Position numbers and translations under genes: made by a program. Shown piece by piece: positions 62,958-64,000 of a DNA stretch of 64,000 nt. Source of the DNA: Podarcis bocagei (Eukaryota); NCBI GenBank assembly GCA_964188305.1, contig OZ076885.1; one strand, 5' to 3'. Position 1 is the first letter of the stretch. The number at the start of each line of letters is the position of its first letter. Under the pieces are notes generated by a model. It saw nothing but the letters and a program-made list of their open reading frames with translations. It had not been told where the DNA came from and ran no database searches.

Positions 62958-64000
62958 AGCTTGCAAACAGGTGTGGCAAATGTACATACATAAACAAACA
63001 CAGAGCTTCCAACCTTCACTTCCAAAATAAATATATTCTCTATTTAATTAAAATAATCCTTGAGTCACTAATTTGAAACTCATCTCCCTCTGCTCTTTTA
63101 CATTAAAAACATGAGAATGAATGATGTAAGGGTGGCATAATATACCTTACCTTTCCACAAGCTCAAAGAGGCTCAAGTCATCTTTTAAAAAGCAACAGGC
63201 TGCCTTTCAAAAATAACCAGAAACTTCAGATGCTTCAAAATGTAGCTAGTAAAGTTCCAACTGGAGTTGGGTTTTGGAAGCCTTAAAACCCCTAAATGGG
63301 TTCTGGTCCCAAGTCTATCAGCTATACACTCCGGTTAGCTAGAGAGTCCCTTTTCATATCCCACCATCACCTGAGCCTAATTTCTCTCTCCAGTTCTCCC
63401 CCATTAAAGGGGTAAGGGAAATTCTCAAGGGAGGAGGGGGAATACACCAAAATGTTTTTGGGAAAGGACCTGGCTTACCAGGTATGCTGCATGTCAATAC
63501 TTCCGGTGGTAACTGGGCCTTCCTGCTTTTGGGCAGGCCAGAATGCTGATGGGGATGGTCTCATCGACATCTTGCTCAGCTCCATCAGAAATTGCAGCAG
63601 GATGGGCTGGTTCCAGCACACCTTGTGTCTGCTTTAAAATGGATCTCATGTGACCAGGGAAAGTGTGAAACATTAGAAATAAAGGTGTGTGTGGATATTT
63701 TCCCAGGCTCCCCTCTGCTTTCACAGGCAGCTTCTATTCATCCCATATTGCTGAGAAAAGCTGTGCTGAAAATATCAGCCCAGCTCAAGTTGAAAACAGG
63801 TTTTCAAGATGACGAGTATATTTGTGAGGCTAATGACAGAAGCTTAAAAACAAAAGAACAAAATCAAAAATAAGCCCACTATGCATCCAAGTATAGTATT
63901 TACTTTACACATTGTGGATTTCCTACACTGAAATTTCATACATATATGTTATCATGTTTCACAACTGCGTGTGTAGTGCATTCAGTGTACTATTACATAC

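Overview
This is vertebrate genomic DNA, almost certainly from a squamate and probably a lacertid lizard. That call rests on Sauria SINEs with (ACCTTT)n tails, a Squam3-like SINE and a BovB 3' end. The window holds the 3' ends of two convergent genes. CHID1 lies on + with its last three coding exons (11062-11142, 12688-12730, 13109-13207) and an AATAAA at 13337. TSPAN4 lies on - with its last four coding exons (49108-49209, 45862-45993, 44582-44665, 43298-43366). The upstream exons of both genes were not found and presumably lie outside the window. The same tail-to-tail pair exists at human 11p15.5, but here about 30 kb separates the two stop codons. The rest is intron or intergenic sequence with SINEs, LINE fragments (CR1, L2, RTE/BovB), Tc1/mariner- and hAT-type MITEs, microsatellites and one 137-N assembly gap. 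Nearly all other ORFs in the track are spurious or repeat-derived. I found no convincing new protein-coding system. The most interesting items are a SINE with a ~100-bp flanking duplication, nested and motif-rich MITEs, an OC1-like hAT MITE, an isolated CR1 ORF1/ORF2 junction, candidate read-through exons downstream of CHID1 and candidate conserved non-coding elements. Repeat family names come from recall of consensus features, not from a database search.
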